A DNA stretch of 64,000 bases from Antedon mediterranea. Lineage: Eukaryota; Animalia; Echinodermata. The number at the start of each line of letters is the position of its first letter. The stretch's first letter is position 1. A program made the translations under genes and the position numbers. The notes under the pieces were generated by a model. That model saw only the letters and a list, made by a program, of their open reading frames with translations, did no database searches and was not told the origin of the DNA. Of this stretch, positions 41,402 through 54,553 are shown piece by piece. The DNA is taken from positions 20,965,045-21,029,044 of the forward strand of contig NC_092680.1 in assembly GCF_964355755.1 (NCBI RefSeq). The letters are read 5' to 3'.

Positions 41402-44400
41402 ATGACAGACTTATTAGTTCCTGATACTCCAGCAGCTCAGAGGTCGAATAGATGGCAAGATGAGGTGGTAGAGCCGTCTTGTTGCGGTCCAGTTCAATTA
41501 AAGGTTAACACTACTCAAATCAAACTACACAGCATTATGTACATTGTCTGTGGAGTTTTGTTAATTGGATTGGGCATTGTAGCTTGTGTGCTTGATTGTA
41601 CGTTCAATGGATTGTCAATCCCAGCTGGTGTTCTGGTAAGTAGAAATGATATACAGTGATTCTATATTGCATCTATTATTATATTTTAAGGTGAATATAT
41701 TTCTTTATAACACACCTTGTCATTTGATTGGATGATTGTGGTTCACATGATATTAAATAAATGTTCTATTGCACTCTTAAACATCATCAAGACTGTGATG
41801 TCATTTACTGCATTTTCGTTTTGCGCATTCATTTTTAACCTATAGCGTGCACCCTATGGTGTTTCTATTCTTGGCCTAGCCTCTCGTTAAAAGTAGGCTA
41901 CGGCTACTGATACCAAACCATTGTGATTTTAATGACAATAATAATGTGTTTTCTTTCAACAGCTTATTGCTACTGGTGTTGTTGGACTGTGTGTAAGAAA
42001 ACATGGAGCTTTGGTACAGAATATCATCATTTACACTTTGTTGTATTTCTTTAAGACAACTCCATAGAAGTTAGACCACATCCTCATTCAAGCTGGATAC
42101 ATTCCATTACATTTTGTTGCTTAACCAGAATGTGATTTTTTACTTTTTGTGCTTTTTATGAATTATTTTCTTTGAATTGAATGTCATAAAATATTGTAAT
42201 TCGCAATTTAATTATTTTTACAGGCTATTGTGTATGGGTGCTTAAACCCGTTTTGTTTTTTGTATGGCATTGCTCTTCTTGTTTTTATGCTGGCTGCTCT
42301 CCCCGAAGGAGAAGGTTACTGGAATTCATTTTGTTCAAGTTATGATTGCAAGTATAGGTACTACGTATATAGTGGCTGCTGTTACGATGAAAAATTCATT
42401 TTTAAGGTATTTTTTACTATAACTTTTAAAAAGTGTAACCATACACGTACGAAGTGTAAGCACCCTTACACATTTATTATATGCGCTACACATGTTTTTC
42501 TCGTAACGTCAGACTTGAGGTGCCTGGTTTAGGAATCCCAAGTGGCCCTCCAACGCTGGAGGCCTCGGGTGTTTTTAGCCTTTTCGACATATTTTAATGC
42601 CTGTTTTATCCACTGTGCACTGCTCAGGGGCCCCATAAGCTCCGGGCCCCTAGGTTTAGCCAGTGAGCGCTCATAGCCGTTATGAGATACATGTCAGTGT
42701 GCTAATGTTATTAATCTTTCTTTTTTCAGTGGGAGAATGTTTGCATTGATCTTGCAATCCTGGTTGTTGGTGTTATCGTCATGGTTACATCATTAGCAGC
42801 TAATACTCTTAGTTTGCGTGACCTGAATTGGGTCAAATTTTGCTGCTTGAAAAAAAATATGGTAAGTTCCTCTTTATACTGAGAAATAACCAAAATGAAG
42901 TTATCGACTTTCCTAAAACCAGAAAATAAACCCCCAAAATTATTTAAAGATCAAAACACAACACAACATCACAGAAATGTTTTGGAAAACCATTTTAGTC
43001 AGTGGCAAAGTTTCAGGACAGTTTGATTTCTTTCTTTTTTTTTTGTACAAATTTTTTATTTCAATTACTTGGACCTAACATTTTCATATCATCACAATTC
43101 AATTATGCGAAACCATTTTATAATATCTTATTGCAGGTTGTCAATACTGTACAGGAATAGAGTCACGTCTCTACACACCCTGCAAAGATATATATATATG
43201 TAATGCGTTTAAGAGCTTCGGCTCATTGCATACCCGTTTTGTATCAAATAAGTTTATAGAAATATTCTTGTGAAAGAGATACTGTATTATTTTGTTGTTG
43301 ATACAAATAAATGGTACGTATATAGTACCGCGAATGATATTTTATATGTCGATAATTATTTATTGAGATTTCAAAATACAATATTTATAGATAATATGTT
43401 GTGTTATTGCTGTTTGTATTTAAGCATTCAGGACAAGTTGGCAGTGCTGGTAAGTATACAAAACACAATAAAAATGTTCTCGTTTTACAAATATATAAAA
43501 ATATGTAACAATACAAAAGGTAAAAAATTACAAAACAGGAAGAAAACGCCATAAAACATGAGTAAAAATTTAACAATAAACTTATTGCAAATCATCAGTT
43601 ACGTTTAAAATTGTTATTAAAAAGTTGAATGACTTGTGGAAGGAAGGAAGAGAAGGTACGAGAGGTCTGTGTCCGAAAGCGACCACTGCGGACTATGTAG
43701 TGGGAGTTAAGTTTATTGTAAAGAAGGTGGCTTGGGTCATTTAAAATAGATTGAAATATTCTGGATATGTTACTATTATAAGACTCGGACACCGACCCCT
43801 GGCAACAACCAACTATCCGCTCAACCTTCCTAACAACACCATTAATTCTGTTAATATCTATTTTTAAATTGGCATTCCCGGCTCAACCAGAAATACAGTA
43901 TCACATATGACTAATATAAAAGATAGCAATGATTTTAACATCAACATTGAAAGAAGTCATTTTCCTGAGACAGTAAAGACGGGAATTATGTTTTTTAACC
44001 AGTATGCAAATCCATAAAATTCAATCATGCATCTGTGGATGTGACACAATCACTTCCACGCCCCAACAGACACTGTGCGTCACTGAGAATATGTACATAG
44101 TACAGTACTATTGGCATAATGTTGCAGCAGCCAGACATAAGATCAAAGGACTGTTAAAAGTTCCTATATTGGCAAGACGAGCTCAGTGTCCTGTTGTTGC
44201 CTTGGTTTCATCACATGATATCCACAACATTTATGATGTTATCATTTTATTCATTATTCAAATTACTTTTTTAAAACCATTATTTTAAAAAAATGTTTAC
44301 AATGAAATAATAAGAAATAATATGTTGTACATATGGTAAGGGTTGCAAGTGAATGGTCAGTCATCACCAGCCATGAAACCATGTTGGACACCATGTGACA

Positions 44401-47400
44401 GTAATGGTCATCGTAATGCCACTATCATCTTAAGTATCATCCACATCATTATTGGGGTCATCAGTGTTGGACTTGGAATAGGAGCATTAATTGTTGAATG
44501 TAGATATGCTCATATTGGAATGCCAATCTGGACAGGAATACTGGTAGGCAAATTATTATGTTATGCCATGTAAAATAACTTGGTGCAGTGGGTGATATGT
44601 CAAGAAGTAATTTAATTCTATAAGAAATTACTATTAAAAGCCATGCCATGCTGAAATCATCATGTAAATTTTAAGTAATTGTTAAAGAATAACAAGTTCA
44701 AGTAATTAAAAGTAAAATACATTTTATTTTTTTTACCTTTAGATCAAAATTTTTTTTAAACATTTCCGAGTGTGATCACCATTTTTGTGCAAAATTTGTA
44801 CTTACAGATATTTATGGTGACTGGTTTTTATGGATTTCTGAGTACCACAGAGAAAGGGGCATATGTAAGTTTCAATAGTATTGTGAGATAAACTAACCAC
44901 GATACAGTATGTAAGTTTGAGGATGGTAGTTTGTGATTTCAAATCTTATGATTCATTTTTGGTTTTTTTTTCCAAACAATTCTGTTCCCAAATGCCTTAT
45001 GTATACTTGTGTCTGGAACACGCAAAGAATTGAGTTCCTGGAAAGAGGCTTAGCCAATAGGCTACTCTTGAAAAATACATCATATATCTTGTATAGGGTT
45101 CGATCCTAAGTGGAGAGGTCACTGCATGTTCAATGTTTTAAATCCAGTTATAAATTTTGAAGAAACTACTGATTCAGGTGAAGAATTCAACAATATAACA
45201 GCTGAAAGAGTCTCATAACCAAGGGTAATATTATTAGAATGTTCACATGTCCTACAGTACCTGCTGTATTATTTTTTTTTAAATCGACTAATATTAAAGT
45301 TCAAGTCAAGTTCAAATTTATTCACATAATGCAAACATATACAAAATATAAAAGATACAAGTGGTTGGAAATTAAGTAAATAATAATTGCATTATGCCTG
45401 GAGAATACCATTTAAACCCCAAAGGGCTTTAAGCCTGGATCCACCAGAAAGAATAAAAAAGTTAAAAATAATAATAATAAGCAAGGTGAAGGTTAGCTAC
45501 TGACAGACAGGGACGGACATGTACGACGATACAAACACGACAAGGACAACAGGAAGGACATTTAAAATCTTGAAGATCTTATCAAAAGTGCCCGTTGATG
45601 TCTCTGATTTTGTTTATGTTGTGTGTATGTGCCTAATTTGTTTGAAAAATGTTTGTGGAAATGTATTAGGAAATTCTATTTAGTTTGTGCTAGTGAAACA
45701 TCACCTGAGGTCTGCCTTATTATCTATAAATACTAATATTTTTACAAATATTCTTGTTTATAAATTTACATACATTTCTATATTTCCAAAAATTAAAAAA
45801 CTTTCATCAAAAAAATTACAAATACCTTTAAAATGTAAATAAATTAATTGTATTACATGCCGTTTTCAGTGAATGAAGTATTTTTACAATTAGTAAGTAT
45901 TTGAGGTTTTTTCTTTCAGATCCCTTGTTTCTTTGCCTTTTCCATTCTAGCGTTCTTGATGTCTATTAACATGTTTAGCTGGGCAGCTGTTAATATTCCT
46001 AATGAAGAGCATTGCAGTGACCAATGTTTGGAATCGTGTTATGCTGCTCCTACTGAAAGCCCATATTACCCATGGTATACTACTGAAAGCCCATATCACC
46101 CATGGTATACTGAGCGTCCATATCCACCTTGGTATCCTACTACACCTGACCCTAGAAAGTACTGCTGTGACATTCGTTATATTTGTAACGATACTACAGA
46201 AGCGGTAAGGCTAATTAGTTTATTCACCTTGTATATATCTTGATTTTATTTGAATTTTTTTAAATTATATATTTTCTATAAAAAAAAGAATTGGGCCTCT
46301 GGGTATTTTTACTGTTGTGTTGTTGTTGAATCCACCACCATTTAAATCCAGCATGGGAGATTATTTGAAACCACCACCATATAAAGATGTTAAAAAAGAA
46401 ACATTTGTTTTATGTACAATCAAATAAACACCCCTAGATATACAATACAATATCAAGAAGTGAAAAAATACAGTAAAAATTGTATCAAAATGATTGGTAA
46501 AATGTAAATAATGTCAATCAATGAATTCTACTACAAATATAAATATGTTGTAATACAATATTGTGTATACATGCATGTATTTATTTCCTTAAATAAACGC
46601 CCCTAGGCAATTGATATTCTATGAGAGGTTTATTTGAATAAATACGGTAATTTATTTTTATTGATATATTATATTTATAAACCAGTTTGCATAAGAAATT
46701 GTTTTTTATATAACAATTGATTTAATTGAAAACCACCTCTCTTTTACACAGGTAGTTTTAGACAGTTTAATTGTTGGATTTGGTGTTTTGGAGATGTTGG
46801 TTTGCATGGCAACGTTTGGTCTGTCTTTTTCACAACTTAGTTGTTACTTTTGTTGTCGCAATGGTTGTTCTACTTGTAAATGTTGTGAAAATAAGGTAAG
46901 CTTTATACAGTGTTTGTATTCTTTCTTTTGAAGATTTATGATATAATGGTGTATGTGGACCAAGAAATAAGTATTGAGATGGAACTTGTTTCCACCACCT
47001 CCTTACTCGTAATTTACACACTGTCGTCGTATACTATCATAAATAATATTCCTTGTTCATTGTATATAACCTCCTTCGGTCATTAATGCTCATAAATTAA
47101 AAAGGTTATCTATTTCTTAACAATGATTTTTTAAGGTTTTGTTACAAAAATTTTATTTTTTATTTGTTTTTTTTTATTTTCAGAAAGATACTGCACACCA
47201 AATGGTGATGACAACTGATGGTAACATGATGATGGTAGCAGTACCAAACACACAGCACGGTATGATACCTTCCTTGGTAAACAATCAACAGATGATGCCA
47301 CAACCAATGTTGATTCCTGCTAATCAACTTATTGCTGGCCAGAATCAAACATCAGGGTCTCCTGTCCAGCCAAACATAGTTGGAGGACAGTTTCTGGTCC

Positions 47401-48065
47401 AAGGGAATGGACAACCACAACCAATGATGTTTCAAGGAAATGCACAGCCAATGGTGGTCCAAGGACAGGTTCAACCAATGGTGGTCCAAGGACAGAGGCA
47501 ACCAATGATGACCCAAGAACAGGTGCAACCTATGGTGGTCCAAGGACAGAGGCAACCAATGATCATGGTGCAAGGACAGGTTCAACCTATGATGGTCCAA
47601 GGACAGAGGCAACCAATGATCATGGTGCAAGGACAGGTTCAACCAGTGATGGCCCAAGGACAAAGTAAACCTATGGTAGTCCAAGGACAGGGACAACCAA
47701 TGGTAGTCCAAGGTCAGGTAAAACCAATGGTACACCAAAGACAGGGACAACCTATGGTGGTCCAAGGACAGGTACAACCAATGATAGTCCAAACACAGGG
47801 TCAAGGAATGGTGCCATCACAACCAGGAATACCAACACAGTCTATGTTTATTCAGCAACCAGTGGTTCCAGACGGTCAGGATGCAGGTGTGGTTCAAAGC
47901 CAGATGCAACAAAATAATCAACCAACTCCACAAAGTCAGCTAACCAACCAGACAGCTAGCGCACATGTTCAAGCAGGGTCACTTCCACAGGGAGTTGAAT
48001 CGCCTGCTGTGGCCAGTGATGATGCTAACCAAGGCATTGGGGTTATTCCAAACCCGACTGTCTAA
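41402..48065 (+). CDS. Double MS4A/CD20-like membrane protein, paralog 2, ~731 aa if the linker splices
   Basis: Exons 41402-41635, 41963-42013, 42224-42406, 42730-42861, 43425-43449, 44341-44543 (weak acceptor), 44808-44864, 45920-46204, 46752-46895, 47184-48065. Colinear with and clearly homologous to paralog 1. Confidence 0.75.
43560..44030 (-). mobile_element. Decayed LINE 3' fragment (Rex-Babar-like C-terminus)
   Basis: ILNDPSHLL..RSGRFR..RTFSSFLPQVIQLFN resembles the ORF2 C-terminus of non-LTR elements. Confidence 0.65.
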
Positions 48066-48694
48066 ATTCAATTAACAATGTTGAGGCATAAAGTGATAAA
48101 ACATAATTATACACAGTTTAAATAATATGTTTACGCAGTTTAAAAACTAGTTATTAGTTTGAAGAGATATTCAAGTTAAGTAAATGTTTAAGGGTTTTAT
48201 TTTTATAATAATACAGTATCACACTTGTTATCCAATTTAGTACTGACATATGCTGAATAGGGCTCAATTTGGCAATTTTTCAACAAAAAAAAAGAAAAAT
48301 CCATGTACAATAGCAAACTAAATGACGTTCAGTAGATACTTAAGTAAACTAGAAAGCCACTCAAAAAGCGCCTACTGTAAAATTCTCCTACATAAGATTT
48401 TTCCGGGAAAATATAATAATAATTTCACTACAAGCCTGTGTATGCGAATTTGGTGTAATGGTTATTTAACATTTAGCCTTTGAACTAACAATAGTTTCAG
48501 GTGACTAACAATAAAACAGCAACGGCAAAAACAAACAGGTGAATTTGAAAAAAAAAAGGTTTTTTAAAACTACTCGTATCAAGAAACGTGTAATTAAATC
48601 AATTTAAATTTTAAAATTACAAATCACAAATTATAATTCTTGTTTCTTGTACGAAAATGGAGTTTTTTGGACAAGTAGTTCTTGAGAACGTATC

Positions 48695-48985
48695 CGGATA
48701 TTCACCCCCTGGACATTTACCCCCGGACAACTACCCCCCCGGACAACCACCACCTGGACCACTACCCCCTTAGGACAACTACCCCTTTAGGACAAATACC
48801 CCCCGGACAACTACCCCCTTAGGACAACAACCCCCTTAGGACAACTACCCCCTGGACAACTACCCCCTGGACAACTACCCCCCGGACAATTACCCCCTAG
48901 GAGCAATTACCCCCCGGACAATTATCCCCCGGACAATTACCACCCAGAAAACTATCCCTTTAGAACACCCTAACCACCCAGACCA
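48695..48985. repeat. ~15-bp (ggacaactaccccc)n array, probable DNA-transposon terminal remnant
   Basis: About 18 degenerate units visible. Confidence 0.8.
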
Positions 48986-50195
48986 TTCAACAACCTGACT
49001 CTGCAACAGTGTATAATAGGAATTAATAACTATATTTTAATTCGTTACTTTGACGAATTACTATTCATGCAATTTCAGTTTACTTGTTATTTTAAGACTG
49101 CTCGCCGGCTTTTTAAAAATCTGTCCTATATATAGCAGGTCTGAAAATTATACTAAAAAGTGGTTCAGAATTGGGACCATGGTCCGGATTGCCTCCAAAA
49201 TTTAATGGAGTGGTCCTTGACCAATTATCTATCTATATTTTGGTAAAGATCTTGTAATTACTTTTTGAGTAATCCTGCTAACAAAACAAACAGACAAACA
49301 AAACTAATCCAAATTGTTTATGATTTTTATTATGCAGATATAACAAATATAACTTGTGCAGTATTTAATATGTTTGACATTTTTAACATTTCCATTTTAT
49401 GTTTATTATTTTGTATTTATATATGAAGAGTTCTATTTTAGTATACTAGTATATGAACTTAAATGCAGTATATTTAAAGTTACAGATTTAAATTGAAAAG
49501 AATATAATTTTAACTTGAATACAATGCAATAATGCGATTGATGGATGTTTTATTGAATCTTAATTTTCTAAATTGTAATTTTATCATATTTAATATGAAT
49601 TAATTGTGAATGTTTTTAATATATTTATGTAGAGTAAAACAATTTTTTCATGAACACCTTGTAATGTGTACCCCCCAAAAAATAGGGTAGTTTATTGTAG
49701 TCTTCGTGTATCTTCAGTTAGACTGAGTAAGCTTGGCTTGTTTTTACGATTTTTATGTAATAAACAAATAAGTCATTATTGTTTATCATATTGCTTGTTG
49801 TTGTACAGTGAATCCTATTTGGCTAAATTTTTAAAAATAATAATCTACTGTACCTGAAATTGTTGTTTACGTTTGTCTGGTAAGAATATTTTTCAAAATG
49901 AAAAATGTAAACAAGTTAAAAAAAATGATTTTACGATTAGAGTTCGTATAACTCTCTGCTGTGCGCGCATGATATGGTTAGGGTGTGGGTGGGGGATGGG
50001 CCAGGGGTGATTGGTGGAGAAAACTTTTCCGGTTGGACGATGTTGTCGGGTCCTCGTGTATTTCCGTAGGATTTTATTGCCCAAAGTGAGATTTCACTTG
50101 ATTTCACTTTATTATGGTGCTAGGATACCATGCTAGGTAACAAATTTTCACGTCCCCGTAACCATGGTAACAGCCCCAAAATGACGACCAAATGG

Positions 50196-50690
50196 CCATA
50201 TCTCCATAATCCTTTAGCTATTGACAAGATATTGGTATCAAAATACTCGGAATATATATATTTATATTCGTTGTAATAGAACATTTTTACTAAATGCAAC
50301 CGGAAATGCTATTTTGTTGTACTATTGACCCTTGAGCTTGACTCGTACTGTATCTTACAAAACGGCTGGTCATAGAAATTTAAAAATGGTCTAAAATTGC
50401 TCAGACCTTATATATTTATATTTATTGTAATGCAATATTTTGTTTAAAAATGTCAGGAAGCAAAGTTATTGACCTTTGACATAGAGAATAGCTCAAGAAT
50501 TTTTATTCAGTAGTCTCTGGTCATATCTCCATAACCTTTTGGTCTATTGACAAGGTATTAGTATCAAAATACTTGGAATAAATATATTTATATTCGTTGT
50601 AATAGAATATTTTTACTAAATGTAACTGGAAATGCTATTTTTCTGCACTATTGACCCTTGACCTTGACTCGAACTGTATCTGAACGGCTG
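50196..50690. repeat. Imperfect direct duplication, period ~325 bp
   Basis: catatctccataa..ctattgacaag..tatcaaaatact..ctattgacccttga..actgtatct occurs at ~50196 and ~50522. Confidence 0.8.
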
Positions 50691-51022
50691 ATTTAAAACA
50701 TGTTTATTCTGGGACGGTGCGGCCATACACACCAACTACTATGAAGAATCGGACATTTCGCTACCAACATTGCAACATTGATTAACAAAATCAAAATTTA
50801 ACAGTGGGGCGTGTTGACCGTGAATGACTAACAATACCATCTTTTCCACTACACCTGCACAAACTCATTTGTATAACAACGAACGGCATACCAAACTATG
50901 ATGAGAGATACATTCTCATATCAACACGTAACTCGTAACGAAGATAATTAATTTCTTTTTTACATAAAAATTGAGGCCGCTAAACATAAAATTAACGAGA
51001 TCAAATACATGTAGCGAAAGCC

Positions 51023-51273
51023 AAAAAAAAGAGTGCTCTCCCTGCCTCAGCACTAAGGCCCTGCCACAGCCTTTTGGGGTCGTTTCCACCACATCACCAG
51101 ATGCATTGATGTTGTCGCCTCATGATGTGTGGTGGAAAGGGGGACGTATGATCTGTGAACCCCAAACACAGTGGCTCGCATAGCCTTAACTCTATTCCAC
51201 TGACCAGCGTGGGAATCGAACCCAAAACATACGTGTTGTTAACACGACGCTCGGACGACTGAGCCAACTGATC
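51023..51273 (-). ncRNA. tRNA-like head (51201-51273, tRNA-Ile-like) followed by a ~170-nt structured body and T8 terminator; SINE or Pol III ncRNA
   Basis: Cloverleaf with paired acceptor stem GATCAGT/GCTGGTC, A box tggctcagt, B box ggttcgattcc; D-loop GG missing; nested stems downstream. Confidence 0.6.
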
Positions 51274-51670
51274 ATTTTGGTTTTAGCAAGGTTAATAGGA
51301 TATTTATGACGTAATGATCAATAACGTAATACACGTAATAGACTATTACAGGTATCAGCTTTTCAGTCATGTACTTGGTGGCGTAACGGGTTATGCTATC
51401 GGCTGGGGTTCGAACCTCGACGGATATTTATTTATTTTTTTTTATATTGTTTTTTTTTTAAATAGAGATATGTTGCACTGTATTGTCGAACATGTATGGT
51501 ACCATACCGGTAGGTATTCAAATATGCTTAATACAAAAAGATATTAAATCCAGTGACTTATTTCTATTTTATATCACTGTGCTCCACTGTCTCCAAGTTG
51601 GGTCGACTTGAGCACAGTGTATTAACATACGAAAAGATATTAAAATTCTGTGAATTATTTCTATTTTATA

Positions 51671-51830
51671 GGGTCAGTCTAATTACCGAAAACAACCGAA
51701 AACAACCGAAAACAACCGAAAACAACCGAAAATAACCGAAAACAACCGAAAACAACCGGAAACAACCCTAAACAACCGAAAACAAACCGAAAACAAACTA
51801 AAACAAATCTAATTACCGAAAACAAATTTT
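51671..51830. mobile_element. Putative Mutator (MULE) terminal inverted repeat with (aaccgaaaac)n array
   Basis: Starts gggtcagtctaattaccgaaaac, has 10-bp tandem units and lies downstream of the MULE transposase. No partner end was found in the window. Confidence 0.6.
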
Positions 51831-51940
51831 TTGTTATGTCGCCCTCTATATTAATGATATATTGAAGTAGATAGCACTGCGTTATTACACGTGAGCCTTG
51901 GTTTGGTTGTCAGGATCTGACGAGTATTCGGCACCAAAAT

Positions 51941-52385
51941 CAGGGGCGGATCCAGGATTTTGAAATAGGGAGATGTGGGGGGGGGGGGGGGGGAGCAAAG
52001 GTAAAGTTTTCCCCTATGACATGTTCATTTCAAACTGAGAAGCAAAAAGCAAAGCTAAATACGTCAGAGGTGTTTTTTTGTTTTATAGTAGGCCTATACC
52101 CCCAAGTACCCAACAAATAATCCACTGAAAATTAATTAAATAGTCTATTATTTATTAAACTTTGTTATTCGGTGGCCATATAACAGCTAGAAGGCCTACT
52201 AAGAAATTTGTAATGCCTGAGATGATCATTGTGGGTGGGTGGGTAAGTTTAGTTCTGATAAAATGATAAGAAGTATTGGAACCATGGTGGGGCCTGTGAC
52301 GAAGCTAATTTACTCCCATGACACCCCTAGCTAGATGGCCGGAAATGGGTACTCTCGCGCGTAAAATTCATGAAAAATGGAACCT
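51941..52385. mobile_element. Fragment related to the 35414-38150 TIR family
   Basis: caggggcggatccag terminus; 52331-52385 is reverse-complement similar to 37963-38017. Confidence 0.6.
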
Positions 52386-54553
52386 CATAACTCATATCAT
52401 TTGACGTTATTTTAATGTTGATTCTTGAATTTATTTGTTCACTAAACGAATAACTGTAATTTATTTGAATGCAAATAGAGAGAAAATGATGCCTATGTGC
52501 TCACGCATGAATTTGTTCAAAGTACTTGTTTCATTAAAAAATCAATTTGAAAGAAAGAGTATAGCTAGCCTTCTGGTGTAATGCCCAATTCACCACTAGA
52601 CTAGACAAGTATTGTAATACAAATTAAAATCAAGGTTAAAATAAAAAAGAAAAATATATAAACATTTATTAAATAAGTTAAATTCTTAATTCCAGCAGTG
52701 TGCGTTTTAGAGAGGATTCATTTTAAGTCTTTTGCAGCGACAGCTTAATTTTGATTAAGTTGTTTAACAATTAAACGTAATGTTGTTTCCCCTGATTAAT
52801 GAGTTAATGAATGTTTTTCTCCGTTGAAATATATATATATATATAATAGTCTGACAAAAATGATGACAGGAAGTGAAAACACAAACATGTTTCATTAACT
52901 TGTAAATCTTTATTAACCTTAGGCCTAATCATATTGAGAGAACATGAGAACACAACTCAAGTCTGTAACATCTTTTTAGTACTAAATTTCATTTTGTTTT
53001 CGAGGTACAAACTCGATTCAAGATATCAGATGTATTATCAACATCTAGCCATGTTTGTTTAACTACAACAAACTAAATTTAAATAACATAGTGTAGTAAA
53101 TAAATAACATTTTTCATGTTTTAAATAATACATGAGAACACAACTGAAAATCTGTAACATAATTCCTTTTTTATTTTTTTATTTTTTATTTTATTAAAAT
53201 AAAAACCAACAGCGATAATTACCGCCACTAACAGGTTTGATACAAACAAAGCCAGGACTGTTTAAAGCACCTTGATTGGTCCTAACATTGGTCAAGGGCT
53301 TATCTCGTCTCTTGACCAGAGGAAAGGCATTAAATATAATGTTTTTGAGGTATACAAACTTGATTCAAGATATCAAATGTATTATCAACATCTACCTAAA
53401 TTTAATTTGTAAAAAAAAACACACAAAACATACTGAAATCTAATGTTTTTTTAGGTATAGGTTGAAACTCAATAAAATATCAATTTGTGAATTTTTTTTT
53501 GAAAAAGAACAAACTTAATACACATGTTTGTTGAAGGCAAAGTGATTTATATTCTATGTGGAGAAAAAATACAAATTATCGAACAAAAGTTTAAAAGAAA
53601 AAAGAAATTTTATAACTTAATGCTAATTGCAAAACTGAATATTTACAACTGCTAAGTTGTCAATCTAAATCGGATACGATTGCATTGCTTTTAAAAATGG
53701 TTAGACAGAGAACGTATGTTTTTAGGAAGTAGTGTTATACAAACCATGGAGGACCTCCATGTACAAACCAATATAAACATATTTAAAATTGCAATAATAA
53801 TCTGTAAATGCTATCTAGTAAATGCGTTATTAAATAATAAAAATTTAACACTGTGACAAATACTGGAGTAAATACATAAGTATATTTAAAATGCGACTTA
53901 ACTTTAACAATAATTAATATAAAAAGATAGATTTAATAAGTGCAAACAGAATTAATAACACGAGAAACTAAGGTAGGCCTACCTTTAATAATAAACGTTT
54001 CATTGTTAAAGTAATAGTAAAACGTACGAGATGTGGAATTATTAAATGTGCGACATAAAACACAACTGAGAACATTTAATCAAATTACTAGCTTTTGACA
54101 CATTGATGGCGTGGATAATGGGGTTCTTCGACAAAATTTAGGGAAACCGATTGAATAAGCTTAATGCACTTTTTATTTTTTTTTTTGGTGTAAAATGGTT
54201 CAATAGATATCTCGGAACCTCTTCAATATGAAAACTACAATACAATTACATCACGACGTGTTAAATAGAGTAAAAATTAGTTTGTGTAATTGTCGCCCTA
54301 ATTAGAGGGGTTGGGTTGCATTTATTCAATTTATTCGAATAAATACGGTACTATTTTTTTCACATTCAAATCTTTGTATTATACAAGTATATACTGATTT
54401 AATATAAATGATATTAAGTTAAAAACATATACAAAACAATATTATTATAAAAAGAGTGTAATTATTGTAGATTATGAGTTTCAAATAAGTGTGAATATAA
54501 AATAGCCTAAGTAAAATCTTCACCATTAATTCTTTCAAGTCTTGATACAACTC

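Noticed and set aside
47352-47804. His/Trp/Leu-repeat ORF (LDHHWL)n on the minus strand
   Set aside because: Antisense shadow of the QPMVVQGQ repeat exon.
51201-51273. Functional tRNA gene (anticodon AAC)
   Set aside because: D-loop GG is missing, the anticodon stem has a mismatch and the body is Ile-like; treated as tRNA-derived.
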